Source: Octopus vulgaris (taxonomy: Eukaryota). From it: a DNA stretch of 64,000 bases. Within the stretch, counting starts at the first letter, position 1. Every line of letters begins with the position of its first letter. Under the pieces are notes generated by a model. It was not told the origin of the DNA. It did no database searches and was given only the letters and a program-made list of their open reading frames with translations. A program made the translations under genes and the position numbers. Shown here one piece after another: positions 26,235 to 37,284 of the stretch. The stretch lies in assembly GCA_951406725.2 (NCBI GenBank), contig OX597814.1, positions 133,300,001 to 133,364,000 on the forward strand, given 5' to 3'.

Positions 26235-26835
26235 ACAGACAGATAGACAGATAGATAGATAAACAGACAGATAGACAGCTAGATAGACAGATAGATAGGC
26301 AGACAGACAGACAGCCTGCTTTTATGCGTATGCATTTTAACACGAATTTAAGTAAAATAACAATTACCTATATATTTATATTTTATTACCATAACATAAA
26401 TTGAAATGATTTTTGCTATGCCAGCGTATATTTGACGGAATATTATCTATACTCATATTAATAGTCAGAGAAATAACTTTAACTTCGCTTACTAAGACAC
26501 ATTTAATATTGAATTACGTACATGTTATTTCATTGAAACGCTTTGATTATTAGAAAAGTCGGGCCTAAGAAGAATATATTTCGACGTTCGTAAGATACCC
26601 TGACGGTTTAATTATGCAATGTGATACAAATCTACAGGATTTATATCAAGAAATTTATATAATGTTATCTAGAAGTGACATGAAAGAAATCTTATTTCTT
26701 GTTGAGTATTAATATATGTGCGTCTCTTCTATTATCTTTTCTCATGCACAAACACACTCTCTCACTCCCCTCTCTATCTCTATCTCTCTCTCTCTCGATG
26801 TATATATTGATATGTATACTTATATACACATACAT

Positions 26836-26874
<39 letters not shown>

Positions 26875-27189
26875 AATTCCATGATCATTAGCACAATTAT
26901 AATTAGGGTTCAGCAAAATTTGCTTCACCACATACCGAAATTTAGAAATAGTAGTTAAATACTATTCCACTACCATAAGATATCTCCCAGACAGCAATAC
27001 TCTACAACTCACGCAGGTGAAGAGAAAAAATAACGAATCTACCCGTCTTTGATTAACTATATACGCGTTTCTGAGTTAAAGAGATTTAAAAAGATGTAAA
27101 GTCATATTTCTACTCACTTATTCCCTTCTACAGAATAATATTTCAATTTTAAATTTGAGAGCACTGATAATTAACATACGTACTCGACC

Positions 27190-27610
27190 AAGCGCCATTC
27201 GATACCGTGAGCGCTACACCATTTGTGTGATGTGGAAAATATTCCATCAATATTACATAAATGATGTTGGCATCAACTTTAAAACCCACCTAAGATTCGC
27301 CCCCCATATTATCAGACACATAACAACATTACGACACAACTACTCTATCTCAACCGGTCTAGCTCTCTTTAATATTATACCAAAATACATCAAAACGGAA
27401 ACAGATCCCATAAAATCCAAAACTTCTCTGGATAAATTTCTCGAAAGAATCCCGGACCAACCTCCTACGCCCAGTTATACCTCCAACAATAATAACTCTT
27501 TGCTAGAGTGGGTCATGTTGTCATATCACTGAGGTGTGAATCACGATCAAAAATACTTCACGAGTTGTGGTGCTATTAAGTTAGATATGACCTGGCCCAA
27601 ACCAATCTAA
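27190..27610 (+). mobile_element. CR1/L2-group LINE 3' fragment
   Basis: RYRERYTICVMWKI...LFNIIPKYIK...KTSLDKFLERIPDQP...NSLLEW is a typical C-terminus of this group. Confidence 0.75.
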
Positions 27611-28342
27611 GTTACAAATATATGTCTAAAGAGAGAAAATAAATATAACAGCACATTGCAGGATTTGAGGAAAATCTGACAAATTGTTTTTATTTGGAAA
27701 CTATCTAATATTTATCAGATTTTCTTTTCTTCATTATCACAAATTAAGAATTCGTTAGTACATTACCCGTAAAAAGAATAAAATAAAATAAAATCATGAA
27801 AGAAATTCTGGATTGCAGATTATATTTTAAAACAAAAAATTCAAACCTGAAATATTAATTCTTTAATGTATTAAAAAATAAAGTAAAACATCTAATGAAT
27901 CAAGACATAACATTAAGAAAATTGTTTATTTTGAATTATATTGCTCACAGAGTGGAGATTAGAAGAAAGTAATAAATGTTTTTAAATGAAGTAGTAATGT
28001 ATAAACAAATGTATATCTGCCAACTGAGTTGGCAGATGGAAGCTTAAGTTTGCATATTTGATGAATGCCAAATTAGGATTTCCATTGGTTACTTAGGAAC
28101 CATGATGGAATTTATCCTGTTTAGAATATATAACTGACAAAGTAAATATTAACGCCATTAAAAATTCTGCTTATAATATTCAATACTGAGCGCGATCGCC
28201 TGTGCAAGTGCACACGTACAGACATGCATACATGGGTACATACATAAGCACATGCAGACAAATATATGTATGGGTGCGTGTGCATGTGTGTATATGCATG
28301 GATACATGAGTCAACAGATACACACATATATATGTGTATGTA

Positions 28343-28400
<58 letters not shown>

Positions 28401-28426
28401 CATATGTATATATATATGTGTGTGTG

Positions 28427-28473
<47 letters not shown>

Positions 28474-28484
28474 TCTTTACTCTT

Positions 28485-28862
28485 TTACTCTTTTATTTGT
28501 TTCAGTCATTTGACTGCGGCCATGCTGGAGCATCGCCTTTAATCAAGCAACTCGACCCCGGGACTTATTCTTTTTGTAAGCCCAGTACTTATTCTATCGG
28601 TCTCTTTTGCCGAACCGCTATACTTAAACACATTAGCATAGGTTGTCAAGCAATGCTAGGGGGACAAACACAGACACACCAACACACACACACACACACA
28701 TATATATATACATATATACGACGACAGGCTTCTCTCAGTTTCCGTCTACCAAATCCACTCACAAGGCATTGGTCGGCCCGGGGCTATAGCAGAAGACACT
28801 TGCCCAAGATGCCACGCAGTGGGACTGAACCCGGAACCATGTGGTTGGTTAGCAAGCTACTT
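28485..28862 (-). mobile_element. tRNA-derived SINE body, split by the insertion at 28863-31120 (head resumes at 31121-31152)
   Basis: Rejoined minus strand reads GGCGCAGGAGTGGCTGTGTGGTAAGTAGCTTG|CTAACCAACCACATGGTTCCGGGTTCAGTCCC...TTGGGCAAGTG. Related pieces at ~41090-41345 and ~41505-41570. Confidence 0.8.
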
Positions 28863-31120
28863 TATTTCAAAACATTTGCCATAAAGGCAGTACACAGATT
28901 AAGTTAGCTTTGCGGGCTGGACGGGGACATTAATGAGGTGAATGATAATGAAAGAAAGATGATAAGGATGGGAGAAGACAAAAAGCGCCCGCCGACTTTC
29001 GCTTCTCTAAAACATTGTTCTTTTTAAAGATAAATACAAAACGAGGTATTAAACCTCTTACAATTTTTCCAATTTTTCGACTTAGCAGTCCATTATTAAT
29101 ACAATACGAGGTATTAATCCTCTTACAATTGTTCAATTTTTGGACTTAAGTCCATTACTAATAATAACAGTTCAATAATTACATATCGTCCTCGAAATAG
29201 CTTGTGCCCGCGCCCTCCACCATCAACCACGCCTCCCTCAGAACGTAATCAAGTTCCGAGTTCGCGTCGCCCGGGACCAAGTTATAATCTTCATTGAGCT
29301 CCTTTAGCCCAAGCGTCACGTCGAACGCCACGACCTCCACAGCTACCTGCGGAAGCCATTCGGGGTCCTGTGTGAAGGCTAAAGGTGCTCCCTTGTAGTG
29401 CTCTTCCATCACTTTTTCAATTTCTCCTCCTCTATAGAAGAGGACCAATATGTTCAGTTCTTTCGTTGGCGGCACAGTTCCCGCCAACGGTATTCCTTCT
29501 CTTGTCGGTGGCACAACCCCAACCGACGTAGTTCAGGGACATTCCGGTGCTACACTGACAGCCGGTAATGTCCCGTTTTTTCTTCCTCTTTTTCTTTTTT
29601 TTCCCTTTTCAACTGAGGGAGGGTGCGTCTCCTCTGTGGCTGGAAGATTCGCCTTCCTCTCCTCATCCCTATTATCCTTTGGTGAGCACCCATTGTTGCT
29701 CACCTTCCTCTTCGGCCTCTGTTTGAGGAGTCCTCTGCTTTCTCGGCCGTAATCGTTCCCTCTTCTAGAGGGGTTTTACTTAACTGTTCCGGGATCCTAT
29801 TTTGTTCCCGAGGACAGTTCTTCTTTATGTGGCCGGACTCCAAGCACCGATGACACTTAGGGGGGCGACCCTCAAGCATCACCGGGTACCTGCACCCGGC
29901 CATTTTCAAAAAATCTAGAAGAACCAGATTGGCTGATTGGGTCCACAGGGTCAAAATTGCTTTTGACCCAACCCAAGCAGCCGCAGGAAGAACTTTTACA
30001 TTGAGGAGCTTAGTTTCGCTGTCACCCAGACCCCGGCGGATAGTCTCCTCTATCCACTCGGGTTCTATGTCGGGTGGCAGTCCGCAAATCCAAGCTTTCA
30101 TCAATTTCTTTTTTTTGTACGTGGGCAGGAATAAGATTTCCTTACCCTCCAGGGGTTTGCTAGCAAATTTGCAAGCCTCTTCAGGGGTGTCAAATAGCAA
30201 CCACACCGTTGCATATTTGACACCCCTGAAATGAATTTAATTGTTGGCAAATACTCTTCCAACTCCTTTTCAATTGCCGTCTTTTCGAATAGGGCGATGG
30301 TGTCGCGTGCCTTGGAGTAGGTTCTCAGCACCACCGTCCTATCTTCACGGTCTTTTAACCACTTTTTAGGTGGTATGATTTCCCACTCCAAATTTTTTTT
30401 TATTTTTCATTGCCATGTTTTTTTTTAAATATATTCAAATTAAACTCAAAAAGCAGGAAGAAAAAGTTCAAAAGTCCAAATAAAATTTGATAGATTTTTG
30501 AAAAAACAAAAAGGAGAAAGCACAACAGAAGGGAAGAAATTAACGGAAAGTCGCAATAAAGAAAGAAAACAAAAGGGGGGTGTTAAATGAAGTTCAAAAG
30601 AAAGTTAATAAACAGAAAAAACACAGCAAAAATATTCTGGCCTTGCGGTACTCCCGGCCTGGGTTGAACCTGGAACGCCGCAACTGCAACACAACCTCCA
30701 CAAAAATGGGTCCGAAAGGTAATCCAATAGTGGCTTATTTTTATAATTTTCTTGCGAAGTACTCTGACAAGGGAATAAATTCAACAAACCCAAACACAGC
30801 ACTGGCTACCGCCAACGGTAATTTTAACAGTAACTGTATTGAATTCCGAGGATACGCCCCTCCACTGTTTTTTCTTTTTTTTTTTTCAATGAACACAAAA
30901 ACGGCAGCCGCCGAGAGCAGGCGAAATTGTCTCAGAGTTGGACACAACTTACTGAAATAATAATTGGTACGCAATAAATTATGCCCAACTCACAATAAAC
31001 AAAATCACTTACCTCGACAACTTTCCGTTTTTGGTCTTTTTTCTTTAATTGGACGGAGCTGGTTGACTCGCGTCCACTCGCGTCCAGGAAGCAACTGACT
31101 AACTGCGCATGTGTGTTAGA
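28863..31120 (-). mobile_element. ORF1-only Tx1/L1-like non-LTR element (HAL1-like) with a 10-bp TSD
   Basis: TSD CAAGCTACTT at 28853-28862 and 31121-31130. AATAAA at the minus-strand 3' end. Frameshifted gag-like ORF; no RT or EN. Confidence 0.8.
29179..30416 (-). pseudogene. LINE ORF1-like protein with RRM-like region and CCHC zinc knuckle, frameshifted
   Basis: ORF pieces 30101..30391, 29700..30206 (WICGLPPDI...GRPPKCHRCLESGHIKKNCP) and 29179..29514. Confidence 0.82.
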
Positions 31121-31150
31121 CAAGCTACTTACCACACAGCCACTCCTGCG

Positions 31151-31215
<65 letters not shown>

Positions 31216-31333
31216 TATATATATATATGCTAATGAATGGATGTATGTACATATTTAAAATATATACGTTCAAATGTACTTCTAGATATATCAATATGTA
31301 TTTATAACTGTATGCATATATGTCTAGGTATAA

Positions 31334-31546
31334 GTCGGCGAGCTGGCAGTATCGTTAACACACAAGGAAAAATGCTTCTTGGCATATCGCCCGTCTTTAC
31401 GTTATGAGATCAAATTCTGTTGGAGTCGACTTTGCCTTTCATCCTTTCGGGGTCGATAATTTAAGTAACAGTGAAACACCGGGGTCGATGTGATCGACTT
31501 ACCCGCTCCTAAGTAATTTCAGGTCTTGTGCCTTTAATAGAAAGGA
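31334..31546 (+). mobile_element. tRNA-derived SINE with Meta/MESC-like core
   Basis: GGCGAGCTGGCAG head and GTCGACTTTGCCTTTCATCCTTTCGGGGTCGATAA core. Confidence 0.85.
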
Positions 31547-32149
31547 TGTATGTGTGCGTATGAATTTATATACAAATTTATATTCGCGTCTTTGTATTTG
31601 TAAACAAGCAACATGCAAAGCAGATACAAAGTCGCATCTATCTGCAGATATAGAAGCGACAGAGACATTCACACCAAAGAAAGTTGTATTTTGTAGAGAA
31701 GAACGAAATTATTCATCGTAAAGGTACCATCTACATTTAAAAAGAATGTCACACCCATAATCTTATTGTCACAACCACACCTCTGTCAGTTGCACAATCT
31801 TTGTTTATATAAAACAATTCAACATTGTAATAAATGCACCATTTCCCCCCACTTAACGTCTCAGTTAATGATGGTAAATGTGATGGGAATTTTGTATGAC
31901 AAGAAAGAATCGGTTATAATGAAACTGAATCAACACTTCAATGCACGTCTGATGGACGATTACAACTATTCTAAAATCAATTGATTCGAAGATAATATAA
32001 TTTGTGTAATGTCTCACCATCATCCAAATATACACATATATGGTGACTGCCCCCTCGTTATCGAGTATGACCCCTGCACGAAGCTTAATCAATGTTATTA
32101 TCGTGCAATGCCTGTACAAAACGATCTTTTTTAAAGTGAGGAAACGCTG

Positions 32150-32595
32150 TGCACTGAGTCAATCCCACTCAATAAGCAACAGCAGCCATAATCCGAAAAG
32201 AAGAATAAGTCAACATCATCGGTAACCACTGAGCCGCAGGTTTTATGTCGGAGTTATCTCAGTTACTTGAGTAACCTTCTCCTAGAAGGTTACCCTAACA
32301 AAGGCTAGAAGCCCCCCACTCCCAATGGTTTAACCGGGCGATCGGGTATTTAGTCAGATTATTTCAATGTCCCCGCGCATGATAAAGCCTTAAGACATTT
32401 ACTGGATGGCCGTTCACTCTCAATAGTTCCTCCGCCCTTTTACGGGTTTTGTTTTTCATCCGACAGGGCGTCCAATAAACACCCTCCTCACCAAGCAAGC
32501 TTGGTTGGGTTGCCGGTTTAGTGGCCGACGACCCGACCATGCAACAGGTTGCACTGGGTTACATGTTACAAGTAGCATTCGAAAGTGACCTGACA
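32150..32595 (-). mobile_element. Probable RTE-type LINE 5' UTR fragment
   Basis: GC-richer block with GGTAACCTTCTAGGAGAAGGTTACTC...AAAACCTGCG, resembling RTE 5' UTR motifs (recalled, not aligned). Confidence 0.4.
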
Positions 32596-32610
32596 TAAAT
32601 ACATACATAC

Positions 32611-32668
<58 letters not shown>

Positions 32669-32717
32669 AAACAAGTCAAAAATAGAAAATGCTAAGATGA
32701 TTTTATAGTGAATCTTT

Positions 32718-32755
32718 CAGTACCGGTTTCGGTCATTTTGAGACCTTTTCAACTG
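32718..32755 (-). ncRNA. Minimal hammerhead, U3-A8 core variant
   Basis: Reverse complement of the fold at 40413-40450. Confidence 0.75.
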
Positions 32756-33401
32756 TAACGATTAAATAATTAAATTTAGAAAAATTAGAAGAAAAGTTTT
32801 TTTAAAAGAATATTTCTGTAGTAGTGTTCAGATATAAGTAGCATTCTGCCTTTCTCTGACTCCCTTGTTTGCACTTGTGTGTTCGAGGTCGTTTTGAGTT
32901 CTTGGTAGGATAGGTGAAGAATAATGAGGCTGATGTGGAGAGGGGGTGAGGAAATCTGGGAATGCCTTAATGGTCGTATTTTGAATGGTCAGTGGCTGAC
33001 AGTAGTCGCAGTTCAATTCAGGAATTGTTTATGGAATTTGCGTAGGCGTTATACTGAAAGACATTAGTGACAAGGTTAAGGGGTGGAAGGTGGAGAAGTA
33101 GAAGAAGAAGGAGATGGCGATGTTGATGATGATGATGATGAAGAAGAAGAAGAAGAAGAAGAAGAAGAAGAAGAAGAAGAAGAAGGAGAAGATGGTAGTG
33201 ATGATGGTGGTGATGATGATGACGACGATGATGATGATAATGATGATGATGAAGAAGAAGAGGAAGAAGAAGAAGAAACAGAGAAGGGAGAATATGAATG
33301 GGTGTAAGTTTAGCTGTGATGGGGCTGATTAGTAATGGATTCTATGGAGTGTAATATTTGTGTGTGTATATATATTTCTTTTATTCTAAAGTTGAGGTAT
33401 A

Positions 33402-34710
33402 TTAATTGTTTGTCGTAGACCCGTTAAGAAGTGGCTTGTATTTTGTAAGAAAGAGATTTTCTTTACTTATTCGTTGTCTCGAGGTTGTATCGTCCCTAAA
33501 TTGGTAGAGGGGGAAAATTCTGAAGTTTGGTGTTTTTTTGTTGGCGCAAGTATCTATGTGTTGGCTAAAAGCTATTTTTCTGTTTTGGGGAATTTTTATC
33601 TGGGATCTGTGCAAACCATTTTTTGTTTGGCCTATGTACTGCTCTTGACACCAGGAGCAGGTTAGTGAGTATATTAGGTTCTCCGAAGCACATGTGAAGT
33701 TGCTTTTCACTGTAAACCGTTGTCCCTGTTTGAAGGAGAACTCTGATCCCTCAATTAGATAGTCGCATATCCCGCAATTGGGTCTTCCACATTTTTTTAC
33801 TGTCGGCTTCTGTGTTGAAGAGTGAATTCGGGCTTGTGTAAGGAGACTTTTCATGGATCTAGGCTGTCTTTTGCTTTTTATGATCGTGTGTGTTTGGAGG
33901 ATTGTGTTCATTCTGTGGTCTTTTTTTAGGAGGGGTATGTTGTGGAGGATGGTGTCGAAGGCTTCGTTATTGAGAGGGTTGTGTGTGGAGATGTATGGTA
34001 AGGCTTTTGGTTGTAGGTTTTTCTTTGATTTGGGATGTCTCAGTTCCTTGATGTTAAGTTGAAGGGCACGTTGAATGCACTTGTCAATAAGTGAAGGTGG
34101 ATAGTTCCTGGTGATAAGGGTATCTTTTAGTTCTTGTAGTCGTGTGTCTCTGGTGTTTGCGTTAGAGACTATAGTGCATATCCTTTTTGCTAGATTGAAG
34201 GGGATATTCATCCTGGTGCGTTTGGGGTGGCATGAATTGAATGGAAGATATTGCTTAGAGTCTGTAGGCTTATAGTATATGTCTGTTTCTATTATATTAT
34301 TAGCTTTCTTAATGAGGATATCGAGGAAGGGGAATTGTTGTTGGCTATATTCCATCGTGAATTGGATGTTTACGTCCAGTCCGTTTAAAATTTTCTGGAA
34401 TTCTATGAGTTTTTCTATATTTTTATGCCAAAGGATGAAACAGTCATCTAGATATCTCTTCCAGTTGTTTTCTATGTAGATAGAGAAAGGGCTGCCATAT
34501 CTTTCTAGAACCTTACGATACAGACTGATCTCTAGGTATCCTATGACCAGGTTGGCAAAGGAGGGGGCCATTCGTGTACCCATCGCAGTCCCCGATTTTT
34601 GTCGGTAGAAGTTGTCATTGAAGGCGAAGAAGTTATTTTCCAGGATGAATTTAACCCCTTCTATCACAAATTCTTTTTTGATGCGGTGTGGTAGTTCGTT
34701 GACGTGATTC
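33402..34710 (-). pseudogene. Truncated PLE RT/GIY-YIG ORF
   Basis: Nearly identical to the C-half of 37422..39575 but lacks RKRMAL (18 nt) in the GIY-YIG domain. The Met-rich N-terminus comes from the microsatellite. Confidence 0.9.
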
Positions 34711-35112
34711 ATCATCATCTTCTTCATCATCATCATCATCATCAACATCGCCATCTTCTTCTTCTTCTACTTCTCCACCTTCCACCCTTTAACCTTGTCA
34801 CTAATGTCTTTCAGTATAACGCCTACGCAAATTCCATAAACAATTCCTGAATTGAACTGCGACTACTGTCAGCCGCTGACCATTCAAAATACGACCATTA
34901 AGGCATTCCCAGATTTCCCCACCCCCTCTCCACATCAGCCTCATTATTCTTCACCTATCCTACCAAGAACTCAAAACGACCTCGAACACACAAGTGCAAA
35001 CAAGGGAGTCAGAGAAAGGCAGAATGCTACTTATATCTGAACACTACTACAGAAATATTCTTTTAAAAAAACTTTTCTTCTAATTTTTCTAAATTTAATT
35101 ATTTAATCGTTA

Positions 35113-35150
35113 CAGTTGAAAAGGTCTCAAAATGACCGAAACCGGTACTG
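35113..35150 (+). ncRNA. Minimal hammerhead, U3-A8 core variant
   Basis: CAG-UUGAAAA-GGUC ucaaaau GACC-GAAA-CCGG-UA-CUG. Confidence 0.75.
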
Positions 35151-35314
35151 AAAGATTCACTATAAAATCATCTTAGCATTTTCTATTTTTGACTTGTTTT
35201 TTCATATATATCAACTCGTGTGTTCCTTTCCACCCATATATATATATATATGTATATATATGAAAAAACAAGTAAAAAATAGAAAATGCTAAAATAATTT
35301 TATAGTGAACATTT

Positions 35315-35352
35315 CAGTACCGGTTTCGGTCATTTTGAGACCTTTTCAACTG
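35315..35352 (-). ncRNA. Minimal hammerhead, U3-A8 core variant
   Basis: Reverse complement of the fold at 40413-40450. Confidence 0.75.
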
Positions 35353-36549
35353 TAACGATTAAATAATTAAATTTAGAAAAATTAGAAGAAAAGTTTTTTT
35401 AAAAGAATATTTCTATAGTAGTGTTCAGATTTAAGTGGCATTCTGCCTTTCTCTGACTCCCTTGTTTGCACTTGTGTGTTCGAGGTAGTTGTGAGTTCTT
35501 GGTAGGGTAGTAGAGGGAAGGCTGGTGAGGAAAGGGGGTGGGAGAATCTGGGAGTGCCCTGATGGTCGTATTTTGAATGGTCAGTGGCGGCTGGCAGTCT
35601 CAGTTCAATTCAGGATTGTTTATAGAATTAGCGTAGGTGTTATACTAAAAAACATTAGTGACAAACTTAAGGGGTAGGGGGTGGAGAAGAAGAAGAAGAA
35701 GAAGAAGAAGAAGAAGAAGGAGGAAGGAGAAGATGATGGTGATGGTGGTGATGATTATGACGACGATGATGATGATAACGATGATGATGAAGAAGAAGAA
35801 GAAGAAGAAGAAGAAGAAGAAGAAGAAGAAGAAGAAGAAGGAGGAGAAGGAGAAGATGGTGGTGATGATGGTGGTGATGATGATGACGCCGATGATGATG
35901 ATAACGATGATGATGAAGAAGAAGAAGAAGAAGAAGAAGAAGAAGAAGAAGAAGAAGAAGAAGAAGGAGGAGAAGGAGAAGATGGTGGTGATGATGGTGG
36001 TGATGATGATGACGCCGATGATGATGATAACGATGATGATGAAGAAGAAGAAGAAGAAAAAAACAGAGAAGGGAGAATATGAATGGGTGTAAATATAGCT
36101 ATGAAGGGGCTGATTAGTAATGGATTCTATGGAGTGTAGTATTTGTGTGTGTATATATATATTTTTCTTTTATTCTAAAGTTGAGGTATATTAATTGTTT
36201 GTCGTAGACCCGTTAAGAAGTGGCTTGTATTTTGTAATAAAGAGATTTTCTTTACTTATTCTTTGTCTCGAGGTTGTATCGTCCCTAAATTGGTAGAGGG
36301 GGAAAATTCTGAAGTTTGGTGTTTTTTTGTTGGCGCAAGTATCTATGTGTTGGCTAAAAGCTATTTTTCTGTTTTGGGGAATTTTTATCTGGGATCTGTG
36401 CAGGGCCATTCGTTTACGCAAACCATTTTTTGTTTGGCCTATGTACTGCTCTTGACACCCGGAGCAGGTTAGTGAGTATATTAGGTTCTCCGAAGCACAT
36501 GTGAAGTTGCTTTTCACTGTAAACCGTTGTCCCTGTTTGAAGGAGGAAA

Positions 36550-37284
36550 TTGAGGGCCCAACTTCTGAAATTGAGGGCCCAAACGAATGAGGATAAAATA
36601 AAATCCACCGATGAAGATATCAACGAAGAAATTCGCAAAATGACCCAAGGCCCAGATCAAGAGAAGTTCTCCAAACTATGGAAAGAGGACTGTGAAAAAG
36701 AAGAACTAAAATCTCTCCAACGCTGGGAGAAAAGCGCCACTTGGTTCTCAGACTATGAAGCCGTCTTTCAAACAGAGCACGCCTCCAACAACCCTTTCCA
36801 GAAAATAAGAAAACCAAAACAACACCCAAACACCGATACACACCCGTCTAAAAATCGGAACCTTCACTACTATCAAAAAAAGAATACAGGACCTAACCCC
36901 AACTCTGTAAGCAGCCAGCGATACAATATCAGGAATACCCCCACTTCAAGCAGAGAAAGGATAAATCAACACCCACAGCATAGACACTGCAACCTCATCC
37001 CCACCCAAAGGAGTTACCAACGAAATCTTCGTCCCATTAACCGGTTAAACAACCATGCACAACAAACCCACACCACTTGCAATGATTACCAACGAAGGCC
37101 TCCTAGAACACCACACCCGAATATGGGATATCGGGATGCTCTCCTCAATACTGCTCCAAGAACACACACCACAAATCACAACAGGAGACCCCTAATCAAC
37201 AAAGAACAACTATATACTAGCTACCGTCCCAACCACCGCATTCATTTTTTAGACCCAATACGCAAACACAGAGACACAAGATAG
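36550..37284 (+). CDS. PLE upstream ORF (helical then basic/disordered), 5'-truncated
   Basis: 244-aa open frame ending ...IHFLDPIRKHRDTR*. Overlaps the RT frame (-1) by ~60 nt. Confidence 0.75.
   Translation: MRAQLLKLRAQTNEDKIKSTDEDINEEIRKMTQGPDQEKFSKLWKEDCEKEELKSLQRWEKSATWFSDYEAVFQTEHASNNPFQKIRKPKQHPNTDTHPSKNRNLHYYQKKNTGPNPNSVSSQRYNIRNTPTSSRERINQHPQHRHCNLIPTQRSYQRNLRPINRLNNHAQQTHTTCNDYQRRPPRTPHPNMGYRDALLNTAPRTHTTNHNRRPLINKEQLYTSYRPNHRIHFLDPIRKHRDTR
37245..37251 (+). promoter_or_regulatory. Candidate -1 ribosomal frameshift slippery heptamer T TTT TTA
   Basis: In-phase X XXY YYZ within the only overlap (37221-37281) between ORF1 and the RT frame. Confidence 0.75.

Larger units (their letters stand above)
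32660..35235 (-). mobile_element. Penelope-like element 2A (Neptune-type), 5'-truncated, with inverted pLTR arm
   Basis: Minus arm 34710->32660 carries the RT C-half, GIY-YIG and pLTR. Plus arm 34708->35235 repeats the pLTR. Confidence 0.93.
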
